In this document: in pieces, positions 1 through 13,784 of the stretch
How positions within the stretch are numbered: position 1 is the first letter of the stretch
Layout of the letters: each line of letters starts with the position of its first letter
DNA from: Azolla caroliniana
Lineage: Eukaryota; Plantae; Polypodiophyta
Reading direction: 5' to 3'
NCBI GenBank assembly: GCA_043228905.1
Contig: JBHGNT010000013.1
Span: 20,708,001-20,772,000, forward strand
Length of the DNA stretch: 64,000 nt
Position numbers and translations under genes: made by a program
The notes under the pieces: model-generated
The model's input: the letters and a program-made list of their open reading frames with translations, nothing else
Told to the model about the DNA's origin: nothing
The model's database searches: none

Positions 1-9
1 AGTGTGAAA

Positions 10-22
10 GACAGACAGACAG

Positions 23-63
<41 letters not shown>

Positions 64-120
64 CAGAGAGTGAGAGACATAGATCTGCACCAGTAGTAGT
101 AGTAGTAGTAGCAGTAGTAA
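10..120. repeat. Simple repeats (AGAC)n/(AG)n/(AGT)n upstream of the CSI gene
   Basis: Visible directly in the sequence. Confidence 0.85.
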
Positions 121-1074
121 TACATAGTAGTTGCACTACTAGTAGTGGTTACTTAACCCACCATTGCTCCATTCCATTCCATTCCTTCTCCCTCCCTCTC
201 TTTCTTTTCTTTTGCAGTCCTTTTTGCTCTGTTCTTAACGTAATGATCCCTCAAGAAGCAGTTGTTTTAGTAGCCGCAGCAGTAGTAGTAGAAGGGAAAA
301 GAGAAGACGACGACGACGACGAAAGAAGAACAGAGATGATGGTTCCCTGTTCCTCTGTTCCCCCCTTCCTTACCTGAGATCCCTTACTTCCCCTCTTTCC
401 TAAGGGTATATAGATCTCCTCAGATTTTTGTCTTCCTCTCTTTTGATTTCCCTTGTTTTCTGCTTGATCTCATAGCTTTTTATTTGCATTTTGGTTTATT
501 CTCATTGCCCTTTTTTTGGCTTGATTCCTCTGCTTCTTTTGATTTTCTGTTTGCTTTATTGTTGTTGCAAGACGAAGATTGGCCGAATCGATGTGGATTC
601 CCGTGATACTCTTCATCACTGCTTCTTCTTGATCTGATTTCCACAGGTAAACATCGTGTAGATTTTTGCCTCGTCTTATCACTATGATCTATTAGTTTTC
701 AAAGATTTTTTGGGCGGAGCAATGATAGTCTCCTTTGAGTTTTATAAGCTTTTGTTTTTTTCTGCATAAATATGACAGAAATTTGCATAAAAATGATAGT
801 ATTATATTTGGTTTTCTATTCACTTGTTTTCATAGATATGATGGTGCGTATATTTTCATGTTTTACAATTTTTTTCTGCATAGATATGGTGGTGTATGTT
901 CAGTTTTATAAGACTTTCTGCGATGTGTTTATGTCACTCATCATTAATATTCGTGTAATGAATGGCATTGTTCATATACACTCTGAAAAAATCTCAAGTT
1001 CCAGAGATTTATGATTCAACCTGTCTGATACCTTTCAATGCATACAGGGAAGGATTACGATTTTGTGCCTGAGA

Positions 1075-4000
1075 ATGCAATCCAAAAAACCTTCAAGTGC
1101 AGAGTCTCCGACCCCCCGAGCTTCAATGGGGATCAGATCTAGGTATCATGGAAATGGATATATTTGTCTATGTTGCATTTGTTTTTCATTTTCTTCTTAA
1201 TGGTTTCAACTTTCAAGGTAAAGCAGTCCTTTTAGGAACTAGTTGTGTTTCAGTGTTGATGTGTCTATCTTCCTCTTTTTGTCATTAAATGCATGCTTTG
1301 CAGCACCTGCATGCAAAATATGCATTTTTTTTCTACTTCAAAGATATGCTTGGTTTTACCTCATGCGACAATCAGAAATATCCTTCTGATATACTTCATA
1401 CTGTCAAAATAGTCACTCAAATTTGCAACTATTTTCATTGTAGATGGCCTGATGGAAGTTCTACATATCAATAATATTTTCTTTTGGTTTTCCACCAATA
1501 ATAGATATTTTTTTGAGGGTCCCACATATTCATTTCGGTGTGTTTTGTTTTGAGTTTTTTCTTTTGTTATTATAGGGATTGGAACACAACACAAAGTATG
1601 GATGATCCCGATGGAATATTTGCAAGCGTTGCCCAGAGCATTGAGCAACTTCGCACCAAAGTGTCTACTCCGAGCGAGAAAGAGTTAGTCGCAAGGCAAC
1701 TACTTGAGCTCACAGAAGCCAGAAAGGAAGCAAGGACTGCCATAGGTACACACTCTCAGGCAATACCTCTACTAGTGGCGTTAGTAAGATCAGGCACCTT
1801 AACTGCAAAAATGAGTGCTGCTGCTATACTTGGATCATTATGCCAAGAGGAAGAATTGAGAATCAAAGTACTACTCGGAGGGTGTATTCCACCTCTTCTT
1901 GCCTTGTTAAGAACTGCGTCTCCAGATGCCCAACTTGCGGCTGCCCAAACTATCTATGCAGTTTCGCAAGGAGGAGTTACAGATCAAGTGGGATGTAAGA
2001 TCTTTGCTACTGAAGGTGTAGTTCCCAAGCTATGGGAACAGTTACAACCAAAGCAAGACTTAGATGCATCTGTTGAAGGTCTTATAACAGGAGCTTTGCA
2101 AAATTTATGTGGAAATACTGAAGGGTTTTGGCCGGCCACTCTAGAAGCAGGGGGGATTCAGATCCTTGTGAAATTGCTACTTAATGGAAGTTCAATTGCA
2201 CAAGCCAATGCATCGTCTCTACTCGCTAGTTTAATGATGGTCTCTCAATCCAGCAGTAGGCAAGTGCTAAGCATGGGGGCAGTTGAACCACTACTTAGGC
2301 TGGTCGGTAGTGGTAATGATCTTTCGGTCCGTGCAGAGGCTGCTGGTGCACTTAGGGCACTTTCTTCAACTTTAAAAGAAGCTAGACTTTCCTTGTCAGA
2401 GGCTGGTGCCATTTCTATCTTGATAAGTGCAATAGTTGCACCATCTAAAGAATTTATGCAAGGGAGATTTGCCCAAGCTTTGCAGGAAAATGCAATGAAT
2501 GCTCTTGCAAATATTTTTAATGGCATGCCAGCAGTTATTCTAAGCATAGCTGAAAACATTGACTCTACCAACCCTGATGCTCAGATGGCTGATGTTATCG
2601 GTGCGCTTGCATATGCCCTTATGGTATATGATGAGAACGGAACTTCTGCTGATGGTGTGGATGCTGAAATGATTGAACAGATTCTTGTCAAACAACTTAA
2701 ATCTCGTGTTCCTCCATTGGTCCAGGAGCGTGCTATCGAGGCACTTGCAAGCCTTTATGGAAATGTCGTTCTCCAGAAGGGTTTAAGCCATGCTGAAGGA
2801 AAACGAATGTTGGTTGGATTGGTCACTATGGCTAATCTAGATGTTCAGGAAGACCTCATAAAATCTCTTAGAAACTTATGCAATGGCAATGTGGACCTCT
2901 GGCAAGCTTTGCGAGGCCGGGAAGGAGTACAACTTCTGATATCTTTGTTGGGTTTATCTTCTGAGCAACAGCAAGAATATGCTGTTGCTCTGCTTTCCAT
3001 ACTTACTGAAGAAGTAGATGGAAGCAAATGGGCTATCACAGCTGCGGGTGGAATACCACCATTGGTGCAACTACTAGAGACAGGTTCAGCAAAAGCAAAA
3101 GAAGATGCTGCCCTAATACTTGGTAACCTGTGTACCCACAGCGAAGATATAAGAGCTTGTGTAGAAACCGCTGATGCCGTTCCAGCTCTTTTGTGGCTCT
3201 TAAAAAATGCTAGTTTGAAGGGACAAGAGATTGCAGCTAGGGCTTTAATCCAGCTGGTTCGATATTCTGATGCGAGTACTATTAGCCAGCTAGCTGCATT
3301 ACTTTTAGGGGACCTTCCACACTCTAAAATATATATATTGGATGTCTTAGGATGCCTCCTTTGTGTTGCTTCTGAGGACAATGTCTTACAGGAAGGGGCA
3401 GCTGTAAATGATGCCTTTCAGGTAGTTATACGGCTATTAAACTCAGCAAGTGGAGAAACTCAAGAGCACGTTGCATCGGTTTTAGCAAAGGTTTTTGAAG
3501 CGAGAAAGGATATTCGAGAAAGCTCTCTTATAGTAGATAGCCTTGAGCCCCTGATAAGAATATTGAATGCAGAAAACGAGAAAACTGCAATGCAGGCTGC
3601 GAAAGCCCTTGCTGCACTGTTCCTATCCATTGAGAAGAACAGAGAGGTTGCACACTTTGCCAAGGATTCTGTATTCCCATTGATTTCTCTCACAAAATCC
3701 TCTGACATATCGGTTGCAGAGATGGGAGCAACAGCATTGGCAAATCTTTTGATGGACGAAGACCTATCAGAGGAGGTTCCAGCAGAGGATATGATCAGGC
3801 CTTTAACTGGAGTGTTACGGGAGGGTACACATGAAGGAAAAGAGTATGCGGCTGGTGCATTGGCCCGCCTTTTGAAACATCGTCCGGTGGATGATATTCT
3901 CTCGGAGAGAATTCAGAATTGTGATACTGTTGCTGCACTTGTATCCGTCTTAGCAGCTACTAATCTTGAGGAATGTCCTAAGTCTGAGGCTTTAGAAGCT

Positions 4001-7000
4001 CTTGCAGCTCTTGCTAGGGCAAGATGTGTGGGAACTTGCAGTAGACCCCCTTGGTCGGTCCTAGCTGAAGCCCCTTATAGTTTAGGTCCTTTGGTTACAT
4101 GTGTCGCGGTTGGAAAACCATTCATGCAAGAGAAATCTATAGAAGTTCTTTCGAGGCTGTGTCGCGATCAACCAATTGTGCTAGGTGACTTGATAGCAAG
4201 CACGCCTTGGTGCATCGCCGCACTTGCTAATCATGTTATCAACTCCAAGAGGATTGAAGTAAAAGTTGGGGGGACTGCCCTTTTGATCTGTGGTTTCAAG
4301 GAACATAGACAGCAAGCTATGGAAGGTTTGCATGAATCAGGATCTTTCACACTTCTTATTCAGTCACTGGTTGACATGCTCGGTGTGAAGTCTGTAGAAC
4401 ATCAATCAGAGAGGATGTATGGTGACTCACAAGAAGGTGGCTACATGAGAAGAGCCGATAAAACTGTGGATATGGATGACTTCAAACTTCATTCAGAAAA
4501 TGATCCAGCTGCAATGCTGGGTGGAACTGCTGCACTTTGGTTGCTTTCTATCATAGCATCACATGATGATGGTAGCAAAGTTGCAATTATGGAGGTGGGA
4601 GCAATTGAGCTTCTCACAGAGAAACTTGCGAGTGTTGTTTCCAACTCACCTCAGGTTTGGTTACAAATAAATGACATCTCCTCTATCATGTCCTGAAAAA
4701 TTCTGAAGTTTGGTTGTCTATATACAGGAAGATATGGAGGATAATGGAAGTATATGGGTTAGCATGCTGTTGCTCGCAATTCTATTCCAGCATCGTGAAG
4801 TCACCCGATCACCTGGGACTATGCGTGCAGCCTCATCTCTCGCTTTTCTTCTTAGATCAGAAGAAGCAATTGATCGGTATTTTGCTGCACAAGCTCTTGC
4901 CAGTCTCATATGCAATGGTAGTCGGGGAACACTCCTCGCGGTTGCAAATTCTGGAGTTGCTGGAGGGTTAATATCGCTCCTTGGTAGTCTAGAATCGGAC
5001 ATATCAAACTTTGTTGCTTTATCAGAAGAGTTCTCTCTTGTCCCAAATCCAGATCAGGTGGCGTTGGAAAGGCTTTTCAGAGTGGATGACATCCGAGTTG
5101 GTGCAACTGCAAGGAAAGCTATACCATTTCTTGTCGACCTATTGAAGCCTATTCCTGACAGACCTGGCGCACCATCATTGGCTCTTAGCTTATTGACTCA
5201 GCTTGCCAAAGGAAGCAATCCAAATAAACTGGCAATGGCCGAGGCAGGGGCACTTGATGCATTAACAAAGTATCTCTCATTGGGTCCTCAAGATGCAATA
5301 GAGGAAGCCACAGCTGATTTACTGCGGATTTTATTCACTAGTGCAGAGCTTAGAAGGCATGAATCTGCGCTTGGGGCTGTTAATCAGCTAGTGGCAGTGC
5401 TTCGTTTGGGAACTAGGGGATCAAGATATAATGCAGCAAGAGCCTTACAGGGCCTTTTTACTGCTGACAATATAAGAGCTGGTGAAGCAGGAAGACAAGC
5501 CATTCCTCCACTTGTGGAGATGCTGAGCTCGGGCTCTGAGAAGGAGCAACGTGCTGCAATTGGTGCCCTTATAAGGTTATCAGCAGATAATCCTCCAAAG
5601 GCATTAGCCATTGCAGATGCTGGTGCAAATGCTATAGAAGGACTATGTAGAGTTCTATCATCGACCTGCTCACTCGAGTTAAAGGAAGATGCTGCTGAAC
5701 TTTGTAGAGTTCTTTTTGCTAATTCACGGGTTAGAACGATGCCAGGAGCGTCGAATTGCATTCAACCTCTTATAGCACTTCTGAATTCTGATTCGAGCAC
5801 CACTCAACTTGCAGGTGCAAGTGCATTGGACAATCTATTGGATGATGAACAACAGGCAGAGATAGTTGCAGCGGAAGGTGCTGTAGTTCCGTTTGTTGCT
5901 CTAGTTGTGGGTGACAACTATGCTCTGCATGAGGCTGCTATCAGTGCTCTTACAAAGCTAGGGAAGGATAGACCTCTTTGCAAGTTAGACATGGTGAAAG
6001 CTGGGATCATTGATAGTGTAATGGAGATCATTGTAGTTGCCCCAGATACTTTGTGCGCTCTAATGGCTGAACTTCTCCGTATACTAACCAACAATAGTAG
6101 CATTGCAAAAGGTGGATCAGCAGCTCAGGTGGTTGAGCCTCTTTTCTATGTTTTAGCTAGACCTGGTCTCAGCACAGCAGGGCAGCATAGTGCCATGCAG
6201 GTGCTAGTGAATATTCTAGAAAAGCCTCAGAAATTATCAATTCAGAATCTGACCCCTAATCAGGCGATAGAACCCCTTGTTCCATTGCTTGATTCTCCAT
6301 CTCAGACTGTGCAACAACTTGCTGCAGAACTGCTGTCCCATCTACTTGTACAAGAACAATTCCAGCGGGATATTACAACCCAACACGCCATTGTTCCTCT
6401 TGTCCGGATTACTGGATTAGGAGTACAGAATTTGCAACAGAAAGCAATAAAAGCATTGGAAAGAGCTTCCAAAAGTTGGCCTAATGCTGTTGCTGACGCT
6501 GGTGGCATTATTGAGTTGTCGAAAGTTATTGTACAATCTGATCCCCAACCACCTCATGCATTGTGGGAATCTGCAGCCTATGTTCTTTCTAACATCTTGA
6601 GGTTCAGTTCACAATACTACTTACATGTTCCACTCGCCGTCCTTGTGAGGCTACTGAAATCAACATCTGAAACGACTGTAGTAGTCTCTCTCAATGCATT
6701 GCTTGTTTTAGAGAGGGATGATGCCTCGAGTGCAGAAGAAATGGCACAAGCGGGTGCTGTAGAAGCTCTTCTTGAACTCCTTAGATGCCATCAGTGTGAA
6801 GAAGCTGCTGCACGTCTTCTTGAAGCTTTGTTTAACAATGTAAAAGTTCGAGAAATGAAAGGAGCAAAATTTGCAATATCTCCTCTTTCACAGTACCTTC
6901 TTGATCCTCAAACACGAACACAGCCAGCTAGGCTATTGGCAGCCCTTGCATTGGGTGATCTCTTTCAGCTTGATGGGTTAGCACGGACAAGGGATGCAGT

Positions 7001-8707
7001 ATCTGCTTGCCGTGCATTAGTGAGCTTGTTAGAGGACCAACCTTCTGAAGAGATGAAGATGATTGCAGTATGCGCTTTGCAAAACCTTGTGATGCATAGC
7101 ACTTCTAATAAGCGTGCTGTTGCGGAAGCCGGGGGAGTACAAGTGCTCCAAGAGTTGCTTAATTCAAGTAATACTGAAACTGCTGGACAAGCTGCTGCCT
7201 TAATCAAATTGTTGTTTTCTAACCATACAATTCAAGAATATGCAACCAGTGAGATCATAAGAGCATTGACAGGTAATCGCAGAAGCTACACGTGCCTTCC
7301 TCTGGTCCCATTTCTTTCTTTCTTTTCCTAAAGAGCGCCTACATTGCCTATGTGCACATGAATATACATGTACATGCATGCCATACTTATTGTAATACCA
7401 ATCATACACTGCATACACCCAAATTTACATCCATACATACTTAATATGTGTGTACTGCATGTCTGTTAACATTGATCTATGTGTATGTGCATCTGTATAC
7501 AATATGTATGGTGTATATATATTTATGTTAATATCAACTTAATCTACGATGCAATTATGTTTTACAATGTTATCCATTTCAGTCTGTAGAATATTAAAAA
7601 AATAAAGAACAAAATTGAAATGCAAGAAATCCATGTCTAAATAACCTCACATTGTTCAGCTTCTTTGGAGAGAGAGTTTTGGGCAACGGGAACTGTCAAT
7701 GAAGACATGATGAAAGCGATTGAGATTCTACTTCATAATTTCCCACGCCTCCGGTGCACAGAGGCAGCTACACTATGCATACCTCAGCTTGTGGGTGCTT
7801 TAAAAACGGGCACTGAACTTGCACAAGAATCTGCATTGAATGCTTTAGTATTGCTACGGCAAGCATGGTCATCCACTGGTAATACAACGGAAATAGCAAA
7901 AACACAAGCCATGGCTATGGTTGATGCAATTCCTGTTCTACAGTTGTATATGAGATCTGGTCCAGAGCATTTCCAAGAGAATGCAGAGGCTCTACTACGA
8001 TGTCTCCCTGGAAACTTGGTTGTTACCATTTTGCGTGGCCATAATTTGAAGCAATCGATGGGGAGTACAAATGCATTTTGCAAGCTTACCTTGGGAAATG
8101 GTCCACCACGGCAGACAAAGGTATATTCATGTTTAGTTAATTTTTATTTAATGAGCGAAGAGAGGGAACTCAAATTAATTTGGTAATAGGGCAAGGTTCA
8201 TGACTACTAGGTCAACTTCTCGATTCCTAACAGAGTTGCTTATATGTTGCCATAGGGATTTTGAGTCGTTCTATTGTAGCTATTTAAGATGTGTTATGTA
8301 TCAGGTTGTTTCAAGTAGCAGTGCACCAGAATGGAGCCAGGAATTTGCTTGGGCATTTGATACTCCCCCCAAGGGTCAAAAACTTCGCATATCATGCAAG
8401 AGCAAAAATGCATTTGGAAAGGCAAGTCTGTGTCTTTGCATGTGTTGTGTGATTTTATTTGGCTTCTATGGATTCCTGGTAAAGGAAGTATTGTCAACAT
8501 GGATGCTGTTTACATTATTTTTGTGTGAGAGAGTATGTCATAGATGTATCATTGCTTTTTCAGGGTTCATTGGGTAAGGTAACAATCCAAATAGATCGTG
8601 TGGTGATGCTTGGAAAAGTGAGTGGCCAATACACACTTGTCCCCGACACCAACCGAGATGGCAGTTCCCGAAAACTTGACATTGAATTCCAGTGGTCAAA
8701 TAAATAA
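1075..8707 (+). CDS. CSI1: CELLULOSE SYNTHASE INTERACTIVE protein (CSI1/POM2-like), armadillo repeats with a C-terminal C2 domain
   Basis: Coding exons: 1075-1142, 1576-4654, 4728-7272, 7660-8120, 8305-8421, 8564-8707. All joins keep frame ([36 protein letters not shown]...). Hallmark CSI segments are [44 protein letters not shown], and a C2 region [18 protein letters not shown]...IQIDRVV...FQWSNK. A probable 5'UTR intron lies at 647-1047. CSI1 versus CSI3 orthology is not resolved. Confidence 0.95.
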
Positions 8708-10117
8708 CATGCACTCCTTAACTATCTCTAAGAGTTTGTATTGTGTATCTTGTTGTGTATGTAGTATTCAAGTATAATCATAGAGGTGAGTTATGGATGG
8801 AAGAGGATTTTGATATATAGAGCAGCGTATATGTTAGAATGCTTGTATGTAAAGCTAAGGCCACATGGTGCTTCTGAGTAATTCTTTCATTTGCAAAGTG
8901 TTGATGTTTCACTTCATTTTGTAATAATTTCCAATAATACTAATAGGTCCCTTGTGTGATGCTTGTGGAAGCACACCAATTGTTATGCTAACATTCCTCC
9001 ACTTCTACCTGTTGTATCTTTGTAATTTAATGTGCCCGTAGATGCGAAAATGATCATTATGTTAATCAATTTAAGAGATTGCTTGCTTGTTTCTTTGCAT
9101 AAACAAGAAACAAAATATCTTGTCATAAACGTCACTATCCTGATTGACTGGACATCTTGAATTCATAATCGAACATTCTTGCAACTTATGGATGTGTTTG
9201 GCTGTTTCCATCAAATTGCAACAATTCAAAGGTGTTAACAAAGAGAGTTACATCGATCACAATACAGACACCCATATCATCATCATAATCGAAAAACACC
9301 CTATTTTGGGGGTTAGAAGAAGGCAATGGGTTTGATTTCCACCCAAGTTTGCATTACTAGATTAGTTGAGTGCTGTCAAAAGAGCTATCTTGCTTGAGTA
9401 TTTGTAGGGAGCATAACTGCATTTAATTCTTTCTCATTATTGTTCACATTATATGGAAAAAGTTCACCAAGCAAATATTCAATTTGGCTATTCAAGTATG
9501 CGTGAATTGTTGCATGTTATGAATTGTGTCCACGAAATATTTGGATGTCTCTTGATATCTTTGATAATATTGATATGAATGGCAATGTTAATATGTAAAT
9601 TCAATATGTGATTATGTATATCTTTCCTAGCTAACAAATGACATGAGATTCAACATGATTGATGATCGAGCAACATAACGTTATGTGGTCAACTCCTTGT
9701 GAAATCACATTTAATGTTTATTGCTTAAAGCTCAGAAATTTGTGATGATGTAATGTGTAAAATTTAAATAAATCGCCATGATAGTGCAGTATAATCTAAA
9801 GTGCGAGCACTAGCTCTCAAGCAATGGGTTGATGTTGTAGAAATGTCCAATTTTTTTTATAAGTTTTAGTTAAAGATAATGCGTAATAACAAGTTGATTC
9901 CAAAGGTATGGATCTGCAAATCAATTTCCAGTATAACTTAAAACGAAGGGTTACAAATTTGAAAATCCTCTCATGCAGTGAAGGGGTTATTTATCGGAAA
10001 GGAAAAAACTGATAAAACCCACCCACAGATTAAGGTTGCTATTTTCCTCTGTTTCAATGGACAGAATACAAAACCCACTAAACGAAGAAGAAGAAGAAGA
10101 AGAAGAATTCGAAGGCA

Positions 10118-10892
10118 ATGGAGATATCTTCTTGTCGTCGCAAGATCCTGGTTGCTATGGATGAAAGCGATGAAATCCTTTTGTGGGCAATTGAAAATCT
10201 TATATCTCCTCTTTATTCTTTAAATGGTTCTTCTCCTTCTGATCATATAGTTCTCCTCCATGTCCAACCTTCTGCTCAAATCTTGGCCTCAGACCTTGAA
10301 GAAAATAACGGTATTTACATCACACGACTCGTTTTTTCCCGTTCTTTTCCTTCTATTGCAGTGTTCTTGCGTAGATATTATTTATAGAATTTAATTGTCT
10401 TAAGTTGTTGTAGAATGTCTCTCATTTCTGAAAATTTCCGGTTTTAATTGTTGTCGAGTATCTCTCATCTCTTAAAATTTGGGTTCTCTCTTTTTTCTTA
10501 AGTTTGGTTTTCTTAAGTCGTAGAATATATCTGATATTTGTATTTGATTTTTTTTGGATATCAAATTGTTGTAGAGTATGTCTCATTTATAAGGAAGAAT
10601 CAGGATGAGGTATCCCAAAGGGTTCTTCGGCATGCAAAATCTATCTGCAATGAACACGGTGTAAGTGTGAAATGCCTTTTCCTTGCATGCATTCCATGTT
10701 TGCCATTAAATCTACATATTCCTACATCTCTCTCTCTCTCTCTCTCTCTCTATCACACACACACACATACATATCTGTGGCGATTGAGAGGGCGTAATCA
10801 TACTTGGTAATTTAGCTGCTGGAATACAAGTTGAAAACTATAATGCTCCAGAGAAAGACCATGTATTTATATGTACCAATAGAAGAAAGAAC

Positions 10893-10936
<44 letters not shown>

Positions 10937-12078
10937 TAACTATGAACTCCTAAATCTCCATGATCATTATCTTAATGCATGTGGTGGAATAATATTTGAG
11001 ATGATGGAGAGGCATGAAGTGCAAATGCTAATATGTATAGGAGTAGTGGTGACTGAACTTCATATCCATGGATGGTTGGTCTGATAAAATGACATTATGA
11101 CAAAGTTTAACAAGTGCATCTAGGTGCCCTCATGCAGATCTGAAATAACGAGCAATGATCTCCATGCTCTGGTACTGGAATGGCTCATGTGCCTTATATC
11201 CTGGTACAAGGGTTGATTCCCTATGCTTTTGAAGCTCAAGCAACATTTGGCCAAACTGTGATGGAGTATCTGTAGAGGGTATTATACTTCTGTCTATACA
11301 CAACATGTTCCTCGCTTTTGATCTCTCCTTCACATTTTGTGAAAAAATCTTTCAACTTGAGATATGTGCGAAGCGCTTGTCCTGCCTCAATCTCTAGCTG
11401 GTGTTCTGAGTTGGCCTATTGTTTTCCGAGTACTATGAGATGTCCATGTTCCTTTGTCTCTGTATGATCCCATCGTCTTTAAAGTTCGTGAAATGATCTT
11501 TCAACATCATTGTATGCCATTGAAGTGAATGCAAAGTCATGATTATTTGCAGAACCATTTGAAGCTTTGCTATGTTTTAACCTTCTTTAGACATCGAAAG
11601 TTATGTTGCTGGTCTTTTAATCCACAACTATATCCTGTCTCTTATGAACGTGATTTATGTGGAAGATTTTGTCTTGAGCAATGTCCTCATTTCTTGTTTG
11701 TTGTTATCATTGTGTACTATTATATCTTCTTGTTTTGTGTCACATATTTCTGTAATAGACTATACATTCTTTGGCTTTCAGCTGTGTAATGAAATGAAGA
11801 TTGAAGTTGGAGACCCAAGGAATGTAATATGTGAAGTTGTCAACAAGATTAAACCAAGCTTTCTGATACTTGGTAGCCATGGCCATAGTGCCTTGAAGAG
11901 GTTAGAACAATAGTTCCTCTTTTTCACTACCATTCTTTCTCATTTATTAAAAAACCAAAAATTGATTGGAACGAACTTTCATTCCTTTTTTGTGCGTATC
12001 AGAGCATTCCTTGGGAGCGTGAGCGATTATTGTGCTCATCATGCCAATTGCCCGGTTTTTATTGTAAAGAAGAGATGA
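10118..12078 (+). CDS. Universal stress protein A-like (USP1)
   Basis: Exons 10118-10310, 10575-10660, 11782-11900, 12003-12078, with GT-AG introns. Motifs: [59 protein letters not shown]. Confidence 0.88.
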
Positions 12079-13784
12079 ATGAAACCATATTTGTTTGTTT
12101 GTCTATATGTTGCTAGGAAATAAGAAATGAAATGAACAAATGAATATTTCATTTGTTCATCTAATTATGTCACGGGAAAACAATTACTTAAACCGCTTTC
12201 TAGAGTATGTATGATATGGAAATGCGAAAACTTTACACAGAATTTCATTTTGTAAATTTGTTGCCTTTAAATTTAAACTGATTACTATGTCTTGGTTGAC
12301 TCAAAATAATTCAATACCGTGGCATCAAGTACTAAATGCTACTTTCCAAGTCTCATTTTGTATTCAACCATGTTAATTGGATTGCACACTAGGACATTGA
12401 CACATGTCACATGGTCTTTCTTGATTTTCAATGCATAAGATCAAACCAATAAGCACGTTTTTCAGCGTATAAAATCAAACAACACTCCATGCTTGCTTCT
12501 AGTACAATAAATTTAGCTTGGCCAATAACATAGTAAAGGTGGGTTGTGGTGTAGAAGTATCTTCCTTTCTAGCATGCTACCCACTAACTCTACCCAAGAC
12601 ATTAGGTTTCAATATCTTCCAAATGCTCTTGTCATCTCTCTCAGGTGGTTTCATATATGCCTTGATGCTCCTCTTGTGTTCATACAAATTAGTGTCCATC
12701 GAAACATAGGAATGGATAATACGAAACTTTGTAGTGAAAACATGCATCTAGATATGATACCAGTGGGCATGGGTGTAGGAAACCCTTAGAAAAGCAAAAG
12801 ACTTGATTTTGAGTCTTGAGCGGAGATATTGACACTAATTATTAGTGAAATCTATAATTAGAATATTTGGTTTCAAGGGTTGAGTGTGACAGGACTTAAG
12901 AATAAACTGATGTTATAGCAAGTCAATGAAAAACCATCAATGAGCAGTGTGCTAACTTGATCAAATAAAAATGGATGAGCACAATAAAAAATTCATTCAA
13001 TCAATACAGCAACTTGATTCAGGTAGGAGCAATGTAGGTTCATTAACACCATGCATGGCCTCACAATAATCAAGATCATGACAAGTGATAAAATAGAAAG
13101 TGGAATATGTTGCATTATGGTTCTGATACAAATACCAAACCATACCACCACTTAGCTTTTAAATGATCTCCCTTCTCTTGCAGCCATTATTTCTGATTTC
13201 ATACCCTGTGACACAGGATCGCAACTTGTGTATGCAACAGAAAGAACAAACTACCAATTATTTTGTGTATATATAGCCTTTTGAGTATGTGAATTGTGTA
13301 TGCAATCTTAAACTTTTAACCAAATTGCCACAACAAAAAAAGACTAGGATGTCCTAACCTTGAGAGGGATCCAATTGGCCACAACCCATCATAACTAATG
13401 TCCTTGAGAATAAATTTGGGAAATCCTTTTAGGTACATGTCTCTCATCTTCAAGGGCAGTGAAGGTGAGAGAACTCAAGCAAACACACCGTGACTTGCTG
13501 GGAAATTATGTCTATATGGATAAAAGAAAAACAAATAATAGATATGTTTGCATCATTTGGATAAAATTTCTGAGCTTAAAACACCCATGTAAAAATGTCT
13601 CACACAAACATCATATATGTATATACATAACTGGGGTGCTGTATTTTGCTGATATCTGCTCTTTTGGCATCATTTGTAGAAAGCATTTTGTTGTTATTTC
13701 GCTCTTCATCAGGTAGGGATCAAAATCACAACAGATTGTAAAAGAAAATAAGATAGCTGATTGACTGATTATTCAATCAAATTG

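Noticed and set aside
2245-8083. Multiple 60-180 aa minus-strand ORFs within CSI
   Set aside because: They are antisense shadows of a long coding sequence and have no recognisable motifs.
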